A stretch of DNA of 64,000 bases from a bacterium (lineage in GTDB: Bacteria > SAR324 > JACQKK01). The stretch spans positions 1,206,681-1,270,680 of the forward strand of contig OZ251219.1 in assembly GCA_965240465.1 (NCBI GenBank), given 5' to 3'. A model generated the notes under the pieces. That model was given only the letters and a program-made list of their open reading frames with translations. It made no database searches and was not told the DNA's origin. Shown here piece by piece: positions 6,660 through 15,916 of the stretch; within the stretch, counting starts at the first letter, position 1, and each line of letters starts with the position of its first letter. Position numbers and translations under genes: made by a program.

Positions 6660-8519
6660 TTATTTAGGTTCTTTCCAAGCCCCGTGCGTTTTAATTAGTT
6701 CTACTAGACGAGTTACAGCTTGCTCTGCGGGTACGCCTTTTTCCACGCATTGCTGCCCCTTATAGAGATTGATTTTCCCAGGGGCACCGCCTACATAACC
6801 GAAGTCGGCATCAGCCATTTCGCCTGGTCCGTTGACGATACATCCCATGATTCCTATTTTCAATCCTTTGAGATGTGCGGTTTTGGCTTTGATGCTGGCG
6901 GTGGTTAGTTGGAGGTCAAAGAGGGTTCTGCCGCAGGAGGGGCAAGAGATGTAATCGGTTTGGAAGGTTTTTAGTCTGGCGGCTTGCATGAGGGTTTGAC
7001 AGAATACGGATTCGGGGCTTTGGGGATTATCGTTGGGACAGATGATTGCGTCCAAGTAGCCGTCAACGGCGAGGGCACCGACTTCCACTGCGGTTTGGAT
7101 GGAGGTATCTTTGGGGGCGAGTTGAGGCAATCGGGCTGCGATGAGCCAATCTAGCCCGAGTTCTTGGAGGTAGAGGATGAGACGGCGAGCGGGTTGTAGG
7201 CAGTAGGGAGCATCCAGTACGAGCATACCTCTGTGGGGTTGATGTTTTAGGTTTTCTAGTAGGTAGGGGAGGTTTTGCCAGTCATCGGGTGAGATGAGCA
7301 GACAGAGGGGGTAGTTGAGAGAGGCGAGTTCGGGTGCGAGGGAGAAGGGGTATAGTCGCGGTAGTGGTGGTTTGGCGAGGAGTGGGGAGGGAGATTGTAA
7401 GCTAGTGCAGTTTGCGATGTGTGCGTCAAAGACCTCTTGTTTGTGGAAGGAAGGGAGTGAGAAGTGGGTTGGCGAGGCGGATGTTTGTGAGGCGGATGTT
7501 TGTGAGGAGGATGTTTGTGAGGAGGATGTTTGTGCGAGCAATGCGACTGGGTTTTGGTAGCCGAGGGATAGTTTTCCTAGTTGTATGGAGCGAGTTTTTC
7601 GTCTTTGGAAGGTTGTTGGTGGGAGCCATGGTACATTTTTCCAGTGGGGTCCTTGTGAGACGCTGTGGACGGCTTGGATGATGGCATTAGCGACGGGGAT
7701 TTCGTTTTCAGAGGGTTCGGTGAGTGATACTCGGATGGTGTCTCCGAGTCCATCGGCTAGGAGGGTTCCGATACCTAGTGCGGATTTACATCGTGCTTGG
7801 AGTCCGTCTCCGGCTTCTGTTACGCCGAGGTGTAGTGGGAAGTCCATATTTTTGGCGATCATATCTTTTGCGAGTAGTCGGTATGCGGCCACGGCGACCA
7901 AGGGATTGGAGGATTTCATTGAGACGATGACGGATTTGAAGTTATTTTTTTGGCAGATGAGGAGGTATTCCATAGCACATTGTACCATTCCCTTTGGAGT
8001 GTCTCCCCAGCGGTTGAGGATGCGGTCAGAGAGCGAGCCGTGGTTGACTCCGATTCTCAAGGCGCGTTGGGATTGTTGTAGTTTTTCTAGGAGAGGTTGG
8101 AAGGTTATTTGGACGCGTTGGAGTTCTTCTTTATATTGGGAGTTGGTATATTCTCGCAGTTGGAAGCGTTTTTGGTCTACGAAGTTCCCTGGGTTGATAC
8201 GTACTTTTTCCACCCATTGGGTGCAGTTTAGTGCTAGTGCGGGGTTGAAGTGAATATCGGCAGCTATGGGCATGGTTATGCCGTTCATTTTTTTGCGAAT
8301 GAGGGGCAATGCTTTTAGGTCTCGCCTAGTGGGAATTGTAATTCGCACCAGTTGACAGCCCGCGGTTTGTAGCCGTTGCATTTCCGCGATGACTTGGGAG
8401 ACATCGGTAGTGGGGCTGGTCAGCATGGATTGCACGCAGATAGGAGCGTTTCCTCCGATGACCAGATCTCCTACCTTAACCTCTCTGGATGCCCGACGAC
8501 ATACCGCCAAAGAACGCAT
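6660..8519 (-). CDS. ispG: 4-hydroxy-3-methylbut-2-en-1-yl diphosphate synthase, long form with inserted domain
   Basis: GGNAPICVQSM, ADIHF, INPGN, SCPSCGRT, MGCIVNGPGE. A large insertion separates the TIM-barrel and 4Fe-4S domains. The ORF extends to ATG 8579, but ATG 8519 has AGGA 7 nt upstream and aligns better with the E. coli N-terminus. Confidence 0.9.
   Translation of the reverse strand: MRSLAVCRRASREVKVGDLVIGGNAPICVQSMLTSPTTDVSQVIAEMQRLQTAGCQLVRITIPTRRDLKALPLIRKKMNGITMPIAADIHFNPALALNCTQWVEKVRINPGNFVDQKRFQLREYTNSQYKEELQRVQITFQPLLEKLQQSQRALRIGVNHGSLSDRILNRWGDTPKGMVQCAMEYLLICQKNNFKSVIVSMKSSNPLVAVAAYRLLAKDMIAKNMDFPLHLGVTEAGDGLQARCKSALGIGTLLADGLGDTIRVSLTEPSENEIPVANAIIQAVHSVSQGPHWKNVPWLPPTTFQRRKTRSIQLGKLSLGYQNPVALLAQTSSSQTSSSQTSASQTSASPTHFSLPSFHKQEVFDAHIANCTSLQSPSPLLAKPPLPRLYPFSLAPELASLNYPLCLLISPDDWQNLPYLLENLKHQPHRGMLVLDAPYCLQPARRLILYLQELGLDWLIAARLPQLAPKDTSIQTAVEVGALAVDGYLDAIICPNDNPQSPESVFCQTLMQAARLKTFQTDYISCPSCGRTLFDLQLTTASIKAKTAHLKGLKIGIMGCIVNGPGEMADADFGYVGGAPGKINLYKGQQCVEKGVPAEQAVTRLVELIKTHGAWKEPK
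7474..7533. repeat. in-frame tandem repeat inside ispG, 15-bp unit gaggcggatgtttgt x4
   Basis: Copies at 7474, 7489, 7504 and 7519. They encode SSQTS/SASQT repeats within the IspG insertion domain. Confidence 0.9.
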
Positions 8520-8619
8520 AAATAATCCTAAGTGTGTCAAGTTTGTGTTGAAGAGTACTAGTTTATCTTGTAATGCCATTTTATAGCTAGCAGATGCAAG
8601 TTTATGGTTCAGCGGTTTT

Positions 8620-8667
8620 GCGAATCTTTTGGCGAATCTTTTTGCGAATCTTTTTGCAGATCTTTTT
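8620..8667. repeat. tandem repeat, 12-bp unit gcgaatcttttt x4
   Basis: Lies in the divergent intergenic region between ispG and the LolA-like gene. Confidence 0.85.
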
Positions 8668-8760
8668 GTGATGTTTCAGCTGGTTTAGTATTAGATTTAG
8701 GACTACATATTGCATTACAAACGAGCGTTAACTGCCTTTAATAGTAGAGAGTTTGAGGTT

Positions 8761-9546
8761 ATGAATACTAAACGAGTAGCGATAATTTTGGGAAGTTGGT
8801 ATTGTTTGGGGTTGCTGCTGGGAGTAGGAAATGCGGCCGCGAAAACGGATAAAGCAGCCTATCGGATGATGCAGATAGTCTATGCAGAGGAGAAGAAGCA
8901 TAGAACTCGGGACGTGGTGATGGAAATGGTGGTTCGGGATGTAAAGAAGCGTGAGCGTCGCTATTATTTTCGTAGTCGCAAGTTGCAGGAGTTGCCTACT
9001 TTGAGCAAGACCATGGTTCGTTTTTTTCGTCCTACCAGCATCAGTGGCACTTCTCTTTTGAGTTGGAGGAATGATAGGAAAAACAAGATCAGTCAGTGGC
9101 TTTATCTACCTGTGAGCAAGAGTGTTCGGCAGCTAAGTTCTCGGGATGGCAATGGTAGCTTTATCGGCTCCGAGTTCAGCTATGCCGATATGGCAGGACG
9201 CCAGCTAGATCAGGATAAACACACCGCTTTACAAAGAACGGGCAAGCTTTTTTTTATTCAGAGCGTTCCCAAAAGCAAGGCCGATGCCTACTCCAAGATT
9301 GTTCATGTGATAGATATTCAGCTCAGGATTACTAGGCGGATGGTATTTTATGATCGGCAAGGTAGGAAGTTAAAAACTCTGGATAACACCGATATAACTA
9401 ATGTGAAGGGTGCAAACATAATTACCAAGGCGGTAATGACTAATCATCAGAGTGGTGGATACTCCGAGGTGAACGTCAATGACATCAGTGTGGGGGTGGA
9501 GATTTCTCCTGATGAGGTAGGGCTTCAATATTTTAGTTCTAATTAA
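8761..9546 (+). CDS. LolA-like outer-membrane lipoprotein-sorting family protein (periplasmic)
   Basis: Signal peptide MNTKRVAIILGSWYCLGLLLGVGNAAA. The central FFRPTSISGTSLLSW...WLYLPVSKSVRQLSS...GSFIGSEFSYADM resembles the LolA-like/DUF1329-type family. GAGG lies upstream of ATG 8761; the ORF track starts at TTG 8710. Confidence 0.6.
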   Translation: MNTKRVAIILGSWYCLGLLLGVGNAAAKTDKAAYRMMQIVYAEEKKHRTRDVVMEMVVRDVKKRERRYYFRSRKLQELPTLSKTMVRFFRPTSISGTSLLSWRNDRKNKISQWLYLPVSKSVRQLSSRDGNGSFIGSEFSYADMAGRQLDQDKHTALQRTGKLFFIQSVPKSKADAYSKIVHVIDIQLRITRRMVFYDRQGRKLKTLDNTDITNVKGANIITKAVMTNHQSGGYSEVNVNDISVGVEISPDEVGLQYFSSN

Positions 9547-9572
9547 ATGTTTTTTGGTTATATGTTTTGAGC

Positions 9573-11693
9573 ATGAAGAATCTTTGTTTGAGTTTGTGGA
9601 TGGCAGTGGTACTGGCTGTTGTAGTGGGCAGTGCGATGCCTATTTACGCTCAGCCATTGCCTAAACCGCCAGAGGATGAAGAAGACGAATTGCTGGAAGA
9701 TAAGGCATCAAAACCAGCTGAGGAGCCAAAGCCCGTAGAGCTTGAGCCAGAGGTTGAGTTTCCCGTAGAGCCAGACGATAAATTAGATAAAGCTGGGTTA
9801 GGCTCTGAAGTTGAATTGGAGCCTGAGATTGAATTGGAGCCTGAGATTGAATTTGATCCTGAAGCTGGGTTAGGTCCTGAGATTGAGTTGGAGTCTGAGA
9901 TTGAATTGGATTTAGAATATGAGTTAGGTCCCGAGGTTGAATTGAAGCCTCCTTTGCTACCTGAAGAAATAGAGGCACTGATTGATGAGAGTGAGAAGGA
10001 GTACGAGGATAAGAGTAAAGGTTCTAAAGATAAGGTTGAGGTTAAGAAAGGTGAAGATACTGAGGATGAGAGTGAGGAAGATAAAGATGCTGATGGGTTA
10101 GATTTTTCGGTTCAACCAGAGGTTTTATTTATTGAGCCGCCGGGTTCTGGTTTTCTTGATAGTCCTAATCAGGAGGGATTTATTGGTAACGAGTTAGAAT
10201 CTTATTCATTGTTTGAGCAGGAATTTTTTCAAGATACTAGGGTTGAGATTGAGCCACTAGGTAATAAAGCGATAAAGAAAGCAGAGAAGAAGTTGTTTAA
10301 GAGGCTTGCCTTTTATGGAGGGAGTGGCAAGAAGAATTATTTTATCAATGGCAGATTTGGGGTTAGTTCTGTGTCTGGGGAGGCTACTCGGAGATTGCTT
10401 TACGCTAAGCTTGGAGGGGATTATAGGGCAGGGATTTTTCGGTTTGGCTTAGGGGGTAGTTATACCCTCCAGCACATTGAGTACATAGAAGAATTAAGAC
10501 CGATTTTTACCGAGAACGATGTTTATAGTGGTTATGCAGGCAGTAAGCGGGTTTTGGATAAGGAAACAGCTGTTCCAGAGGGTACGTATTTTGGAATTTA
10601 TTTGGATAAGTTAAGCCTCAGCGGCGGAGTGCAGACCATTGTTTGGGGGCAACTTGAAGGTTATTCTCCAGTAGATTCATTACTGCCAGAACGCAGTGAT
10701 GCCATCAACCCTAGCTTTAGGAAGGAAAATAACCGCCTGCCGCAGACGGTTTATCGCCTTTCCTTGTTGATGCCCCTAAAGATAAGATTTGATTTGTATC
10801 AATTTCCCAAATACGAGGTGGATGGTATCACCGAGAAAGCCTTTACCCAAGCGCGAGAGTTCAATAGCTACAATGGAGGGAAACTTGCCAGAAAAGAGGC
10901 GACTTTACCAATCAAGCCCAGTGTTCCTAGCAGGGCGGTGCGTTTGATGCTCAATCCTGTTTGGGGTAAAGTGGGATATACTTACTATCGGGGGCAAGAT
11001 AGTGCGGTGGAGGATTTCTCCAGCTTGGAGGTTGTCGCTAGGAGGGATGTATATCAAGCAGAGCCTCATCCTGGGGTTTCTGCTTTTGTGGGTCGGGGGA
11101 TTGAGGTTTCTATTAGTCGTGACAACTATGTTTTCTACCTAGAGAGAATGCAACGCAATGGTCTTTTTACTAACATTTACTGGCCTTATCCTGATTCTTC
11201 CACAGTTGAGCTAAGTGAACTGGCATTGCAACTAAGAGATTGGGTGCTAGAAAACAATGAAAAAAAGTTGTACTTGGAGCATAGCCAAGTAATCAATGCT
11301 GTCGGTATGAAGGTAAAAACAGCAGTCCAAGAGGCATCATTTGCGGTGTATACGCTGAAAGAAGAATTCCTAGCTCCCCAAGCCCAAACAGGATTTGAAA
11401 TATACAAACAACTTGATGAACAAAAACCAGTCAGTACTACTACGGTCTACTTCAAATATCAGGGATATATTGATCCCGACCGAAAAACGCTGGCTGGACT
11501 GGCAACGGGCTTGTTAGGCCCGGCTTTCGGTAATCGGGTATATGTTTCTCACAACTTCGGTGGTTTGCGTGCCGTGCTTTCCTATGAGGATCTGGAATAC
11601 ATCAACGATAGAAACATCAGCAGCTCCATTGAGTACCAGCAAAAGCAAAATACCTTCCGAGGTTCTCGCCTCACCTTGATCTACGATCTGTGA
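9573..11693 (+). CDS. secreted protein with an acidic EPEIEL repeat region; possible outer-membrane beta-barrel partner of the upstream LolA-like protein
   Basis: Signal peptide MKNLCLSLWMAVVLAVVVGSAMPIYAQP, then ~170 aa of E/D/P-rich tandem repeats (DNA ~9790-9950), then a long beta-rich region. The partner role is inferred from DUF1329/DUF1302-type pairing. Confidence 0.55.
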   Translation: MKNLCLSLWMAVVLAVVVGSAMPIYAQPLPKPPEDEEDELLEDKASKPAEEPKPVELEPEVEFPVEPDDKLDKAGLGSEVELEPEIELEPEIEFDPEAGLGPEIELESEIELDLEYELGPEVELKPPLLPEEIEALIDESEKEYEDKSKGSKDKVEVKKGEDTEDESEEDKDADGLDFSVQPEVLFIEPPGSGFLDSPNQEGFIGNELESYSLFEQEFFQDTRVEIEPLGNKAIKKAEKKLFKRLAFYGGSGKKNYFINGRFGVSSVSGEATRRLLYAKLGGDYRAGIFRFGLGGSYTLQHIEYIEELRPIFTENDVYSGYAGSKRVLDKETAVPEGTYFGIYLDKLSLSGGVQTIVWGQLEGYSPVDSLLPERSDAINPSFRKENNRLPQTVYRLSLLMPLKIRFDLYQFPKYEVDGITEKAFTQAREFNSYNGGKLARKEATLPIKPSVPSRAVRLMLNPVWGKVGYTYYRGQDSAVEDFSSLEVVARRDVYQAEPHPGVSAFVGRGIEVSISRDNYVFYLERMQRNGLFTNIYWPYPDSSTVELSELALQLRDWVLENNEKKLYLEHSQVINAVGMKVKTAVQEASFAVYTLKEEFLAPQAQTGFEIYKQLDEQKPVSTTTVYFKYQGYIDPDRKTLAGLATGLLGPAFGNRVYVSHNFGGLRAVLSYEDLEYINDRNISSSIEYQQKQNTFRGSRLTLIYDL

Positions 11694-11726
11694 TGTTCCA
11701 ACAGCTAGAGGCTACGTGCTTAGGCT

Positions 11727-11786
11727 CTACTAGACACGCTGCTACTAGACACGCTGCTACTAGACACGCTGCTACTAGACACGCTG
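11727..11786. repeat. tandem repeat, 15-bp unit ctactagacacgctg x4
   Basis: Perfect copies at 11727, 11742, 11757 and 11772. Intergenic. Confidence 0.9.
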
Positions 11787-11912
11787 CTAAACGCTACTGG
11801 GCTTGTCCCCCCCGAGCTATCCTGCCCCACCTGCTCCCCTCCTTTGCTGCTCTCCTCCTTTGCTCCTCCCCTCGCCATGCCCCTCCTGCCCTTAGCAGAA
11901 AGCTGCTGTTTA

Positions 11913-11962
11913 GCAATCACAATGAGACCGCAATGAGACCGCAATGAGATCGCAATGAGACT
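11913..11962. repeat. tandem repeat, 11-bp unit gcaatgagacc x~4.5
   Basis: aatgaga recurs at 11921, 11932, 11943 and 11954. Confidence 0.85.
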
Positions 11963-11966
11963 AGGT

Positions 11967-12416
11967 TTAGAAGTGGGTGCGTTTGAGGTCAGACGCCAAT
12001 TTTTGCCATTCGGCGACTGCTTCTTCAGGCAAGTCCCGATAGCTAGACACTCGGCGATTAAATTTGGCACCTTCGTCTTGGTTCAATCTCAGCAAACGGA
12101 AGGCTTCTTCCACATCGCCTATGCGTAGCGAGTTAATAGCGGTCAGCCGATCTTTCACTTTGGGTGTAAAATCGCAGAGTTCAACATTGACTTCTCTGTT
12201 ACAAGAGAGGGAAAAGGACAGCACTGCCCCAGCCAAGCAAACGAAGCATTTATCATTTTTATGATTGTATTCATGCCAGAATTCCATTCTCAGTTCATAC
12301 TCATTATCTTCTTGTACCAGCTGGAGGTCTCCAATGGCTATATCAAGCAGATCTGAAGGTTTGGCATCTAGGAATCTTTTTGATTTTTCGGTTGAGAAAT
12401 CTAATTCAATATCCAT
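11967..12416 (-). CDS. hypothetical protein (149 aa)
   Basis: ORF track only; no motif recognised. Confidence 0.45.
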   Translation of the reverse strand: MDIELDFSTEKSKRFLDAKPSDLLDIAIGDLQLVQEDNEYELRMEFWHEYNHKNDKCFVCLAGAVLSFSLSCNREVNVELCDFTPKVKDRLTAINSLRIGDVEEAFRLLRLNQDEGAKFNRRVSSYRDLPEEAVAEWQKLASDLKRTHF

Positions 12417-12526
12417 GGTTTCCTAAAAATAAAATAAATCGCTTAAATTAAACTATAGCAAGCTAACAGTAAAGAGTCAGACTATACAATACATTTTTCT
12501 ACTGCCCCAGACAATTTATTTGGCAT

Positions 12527-12637
12527 GCAAGCTGATAAGCCCGCAAGCTGATAGCCCGCAAGCTGATAAGCCCGCAAGCTGATAAGCCCGCAAGCTGATA
12601 AGCCCGCAAGCTGATAAGCCCGCAAGCTGATAAGCCG
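12527..12637. repeat. tandem repeat, 16-bp unit gcaagctgataagccc x7
   Basis: Copies start at 12527; one copy carries a 1-nt deletion. Intergenic. Confidence 0.9.
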
Positions 12638-12678
12638 ACAGGCTGACGATCCGATTTGGTGCAGGCAGTGTGCCATAT

Positions 12679-13623
12679 TTAACGCATCCAGGGAGTTGCC
12701 AACAAAGGATGAAAATAGCTGAGGAATTTTCTACAGCTATTTTCCGAAACGAAAGCTAGGTTAAGAGTTAGCATCAGCAGGTTAAAGAGTAGTGTATGCA
12801 AGATGATTCCCACTCCCAAATGTACCACTACCGCCAGTAGTAAGGAAAAAACGCGGAGCTTGGGTAACCAAACAAAAATCGGATGTAGTATTTGAAACAA
12901 TATGATCCCGATACTAAATACCATCAATTTGGGTGCATTTATTATCCAGGATACTTGATCGGCGTTCAGCCAGTTTATTTGTTCAATTCGCCCCATTTTT
13001 TGTGATTGCAAGGGGCTCCAGAAGATTTCACCGAAGGCGAAATCGGTGGTAAGCAGTATCAGAAAGGAATGGAAATAGATGATGCAAAGATGGATTTGTA
13101 GGGCTCTCATCATCATGTTGCCCCAGATGAGGGGGTGATTTTTTGGGGGGTGAGGGATAGTCTGCTTGAGGGTGACTTTTGCGATTCCTCTGCGGGGTAT
13201 AAAGGAAAGATATTTGGCACAGGGCATTAGGCTCAGGTAGAACAAGGACACGGTAAGCAAGCCATCTAGGTTGGTCACCATAGCGGATTGGTAGTGCATG
13301 TAGACGAGGTGGAAAAATAAAGCCAAAGGACCAGTGAGCCAAGTAGCTAATCCTAGTAGAAATAAGATTGCGATCAATAGTGCTAGTGAGTAGAGGCTCC
13401 AGACCCAGAAAGGACTAGTGCTGGCTCCTAGCAAGCCGATGTTCCAGCTCAGCCCAGATACATCGGCGATTTCTTTGGGGAGGGCAATATATCCCAGCTG
13501 AAGGTCCATTCCCAGTATCAGCCAGCGATAAAGGAAAATGCTTCCAACACATACTCTCATCAAGGCGGAGGTGGCCTCGGCAGTGGGTTTGTTCCATATT
13601 TTCGTTAAGCGATAGGTGAACAT
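12679..13623 (-). CDS. polytopic membrane protein, possibly HTTM (vitamin K-dependent carboxylase-like) domain
   Basis: 314 aa with multiple hydrophobic spans. The N-terminal SALMRVCVGSIFLYRW resembles the SLAxFRIxxG start of HTTM domains. The family assignment comes from memory only. Confidence 0.55.
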   Translation of the reverse strand: MFTYRLTKIWNKPTAEATSALMRVCVGSIFLYRWLILGMDLQLGYIALPKEIADVSGLSWNIGLLGASTSPFWVWSLYSLALLIAILFLLGLATWLTGPLALFFHLVYMHYQSAMVTNLDGLLTVSLFYLSLMPCAKYLSFIPRRGIAKVTLKQTIPHPPKNHPLIWGNMMMRALQIHLCIIYFHSFLILLTTDFAFGEIFWSPLQSQKMGRIEQINWLNADQVSWIINAPKLMVFSIGIILFQILHPIFVWLPKLRVFSLLLAVVVHLGVGIILHTLLFNLLMLTLNLAFVSENSCRKFLSYFHPLLATPWMR

Positions 13624-13650
13624 GGTTAGAACGTATTCGGGTTTAGAAAG

Positions 13651-14241
13651 TTAGCGTTTTTTGGGACTCCAATGCCCCGAAAAAGTGTTGTACGTTCCTA
13701 TAGAATTGAGCTTAAGCCTAGCATCCAGCTGATATGGTTTAGTGCTTGAGCGGATATTATTTCTATTCCATTGCCAGCGAGCCGAATATATTTTCACGCT
13801 CAGAGGGACCTTCTCCTGATGTGCCGATAACTGATATGCAAACTTGGGAGATAAATTCGGATTATCCAACAGCACATTGCTAAAAGCAGCCCAGCGTTCA
13901 AAACGCAGCGAGGGCGAAGTCTGATGGCTGGGGAAATATCCATTACTGGTGGTGTTGTCCTGATGATACACTTTGTACACCAAAAAACGATCATAATCCC
14001 CAAATTGCTCTATCCCCAAGGCGTTCTTGGTGCTCATCCAGGTCAGCCAGCCAGCGGGCGATTTGGATACCTTAAAAACATGATTACGTCCACTGGGTAG
14101 AATAAACAAAATCCCTAAATGAATTAATATCAAGATGGTAGGCAGTACCCGAAAAATAGGAGGCTGGCTCGGTAGACGCAAGAACCGCAATATCAAGGGC
14201 TGAGGACCATGCAAAACCCAAACTTGTAAAAACTTCAACAC
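13651..14241 (-). CDS. hypothetical membrane-anchored protein, likely co-transcribed with the downstream membrane protein
   Basis: 196-aa ORF on the same strand, 27 bp upstream of the 12679-13623 gene. One hydrophobic segment (VLPTILILIHLGILFIL). Confidence 0.45.
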   Translation of the reverse strand: MLKFLQVWVLHGPQPLILRFLRLPSQPPIFRVLPTILILIHLGILFILPSGRNHVFKVSKSPAGWLTWMSTKNALGIEQFGDYDRFLVYKVYHQDNTTSNGYFPSHQTSPSLRFERWAAFSNVLLDNPNLSPKFAYQLSAHQEKVPLSVKIYSARWQWNRNNIRSSTKPYQLDARLKLNSIGTYNTFSGHWSPKKR

Positions 14242-14388
14242 CAGACCTTATCCTTGCTAATCCTTGTCCTTGCTAATTGATGATAAATAGCTCGCCGCAA
14301 CATCACACACCCCAGCGATGCTTACACATATTAGCCACTCAATTCTAGTGAAAGCACTCCTTAGCTGGCAAGTAGACCCGAACTTGTT

Positions 14389-15846
14389 CTACTCAGGAGA
14401 ACCAGAGGAAGCACGAGGCACGATCTTCCATATCTGCCCCCTTTGATGTGCCAGCAAATAGAGCTCCCCAAGGCTGTCTTCTGCAAAGGAAGAAATATGT
14501 AGCTCGGTCTCCAACAGCAACAATGGAGTACGCAATGGAGTACGCAATGGAGTACGCAATGGAGTACGCAATCCCAACGACCTAGCAGGAATACCACGAA
14601 TACGACCCGAAACATAATCGGCAAATAAATAGTACCCAGCCATCCCAACCAGCTCTCCCCCCCGATATACATACCCGCCCGTAATAGAAGCATCAGGTCC
14701 GTGAGGGTACTCAGCGATCGGCAGGCGTAAGTTCGCCCGAGAGCACTTCCTTGGCGGACGATAGCAAAGACTACCCTCCATTCTAGACCAACCATAATTT
14801 CCCCCGCCCTCTATCAAATTGACCTCCTCCCGATGACTTTGTCCGACATCAGCAGCCCAAAGATTCCCGTTCTGGCGATCAAAAGCCATCCGCCATGGAT
14901 TGCGTAGCCCAAAGGCCCAAATCTCAGGACGAGCCGAGCGATGCCGAACAAAGGGATTGTCCGCAGGAATGGCATAGGGCTTTCCCTTTTGCGATTTGTC
15001 AATGTCTAACCGTAAAATACTGCCCAGCAAACTAGATAAATTCTGACCATGACCAAAAGGATCGCCCTTATAACCACCATCGCCTAAACCCAAATACAAT
15101 TTGCCATCAGGACCAAACAACAATTGCCCGCCATTGTGATTATCATAAGGCTGCTTGATTTCCAATAAAACCTCCACAGCACCACGAGGACGCAAAGTCC
15201 TAGGATGCAACCTAATACGCGATAATTCAGTACGACTAGGATTAGACCGACTGCCATACAAAAATAACCATCCGTTACTGGCAAACTTAGGATGCAAAGC
15301 CAACGAAAGTAATCCCCGCTCTCCCCCATAACTGATGCGTGATCGCCAATCCAAGATCACCCGACCAGCACGATCTCCCCCCCCCAGCCGAACCCTTCGG
15401 ACTAGACCCGCTTGCTCGCTGATTAACCACTGCTTATCAGGGAGGGGTCGCATATCGGTAGGCAAGCTCAAGGGCGGAGCGACCATCTGCTTGATGCCTA
15501 TCTCTGAGGGAGTAGTCTTTTTAGTTTTTGAGGAAGTAGTCTTTTTAGTCTTTGAGGGACTGGTCTTACTTGTCTTGGTGGAAATTGCGGGAGCTGCGGG
15601 CTTGGTGGAGATTGCGGGAGTAATTGCGGGAGCTGCGGGCTTGGTGGAGATTGCGGGAGTAATTGCGGGGGGCTTGGTGGAGATTGCGGGAGTAATTGCG
15701 GGCTTGGTGGAGATTGCGGGAGTAATTGCGGGCTTGGTGGAGATTGCGGGAGTAATTGCGGGGCTGGGGGGGGAGTGGGCTGATAACAACATTGCAGCAC
15801 CGACTACGATCAAGTTAGGCATCAAGTTAGGCATCAAGTTAGGCAT
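14389..15846 (-). CDS. PQQ-dependent sugar (glucose/sorbosone) dehydrogenase family protein with a repeat-rich N-terminal linker
   Basis: NHNGGQLLFGPDGKLYLGLGDGG, GGGNYGW, WAFGLRNPWR. The N-terminus carries MPNL x3 (12-bp unit at 15805-15845) and PAITPAISTK repeats (~15585-15770). LRTP x4 is encoded by a 12-bp unit at ~14515-14575. Confidence 0.8.
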   Translation of the reverse strand: MPNLMPNLMPNLIVVGAAMLLSAHSPPSPAITPAISTKPAITPAISTKPAITPAISTKPPAITPAISTKPAAPAITPAISTKPAAPAISTKTSKTSPSKTKKTTSSKTKKTTPSEIGIKQMVAPPLSLPTDMRPLPDKQWLISEQAGLVRRVRLGGGDRAGRVILDWRSRISYGGERGLLSLALHPKFASNGWLFLYGSRSNPSRTELSRIRLHPRTLRPRGAVEVLLEIKQPYDNHNGGQLLFGPDGKLYLGLGDGGYKGDPFGHGQNLSSLLGSILRLDIDKSQKGKPYAIPADNPFVRHRSARPEIWAFGLRNPWRMAFDRQNGNLWAADVGQSHREEVNLIEGGGNYGWSRMEGSLCYRPPRKCSRANLRLPIAEYPHGPDASITGGYVYRGGELVGMAGYYLFADYVSGRIRGIPARSLGLRTPLRTPLRTPLRTPLLLLETELHISSFAEDSLGELYLLAHQRGQIWKIVPRASSGSPE

Positions 15847-15916
15847 GCGGAGTTGTTGGTGTTAGGCAGTCCAGTTGATGTTTTTTCTAATCCTAGCATT
15901 ATGGTATGGATGGGGG

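Noticed and set aside
7585-8253. 222-aa + strand ORF (and neighbouring + strand ORFs at 7315-7930)
   Set aside because: They are antisense to ispG, whose identity is well supported by motifs. They are typical shadow ORFs.
14361-14795. 144-aa minus-strand ORF
   Set aside because: It overlaps the 3' part of the PQQ-dependent dehydrogenase in another frame and includes translated 12-bp repeats (HCVL x4). Spurious.
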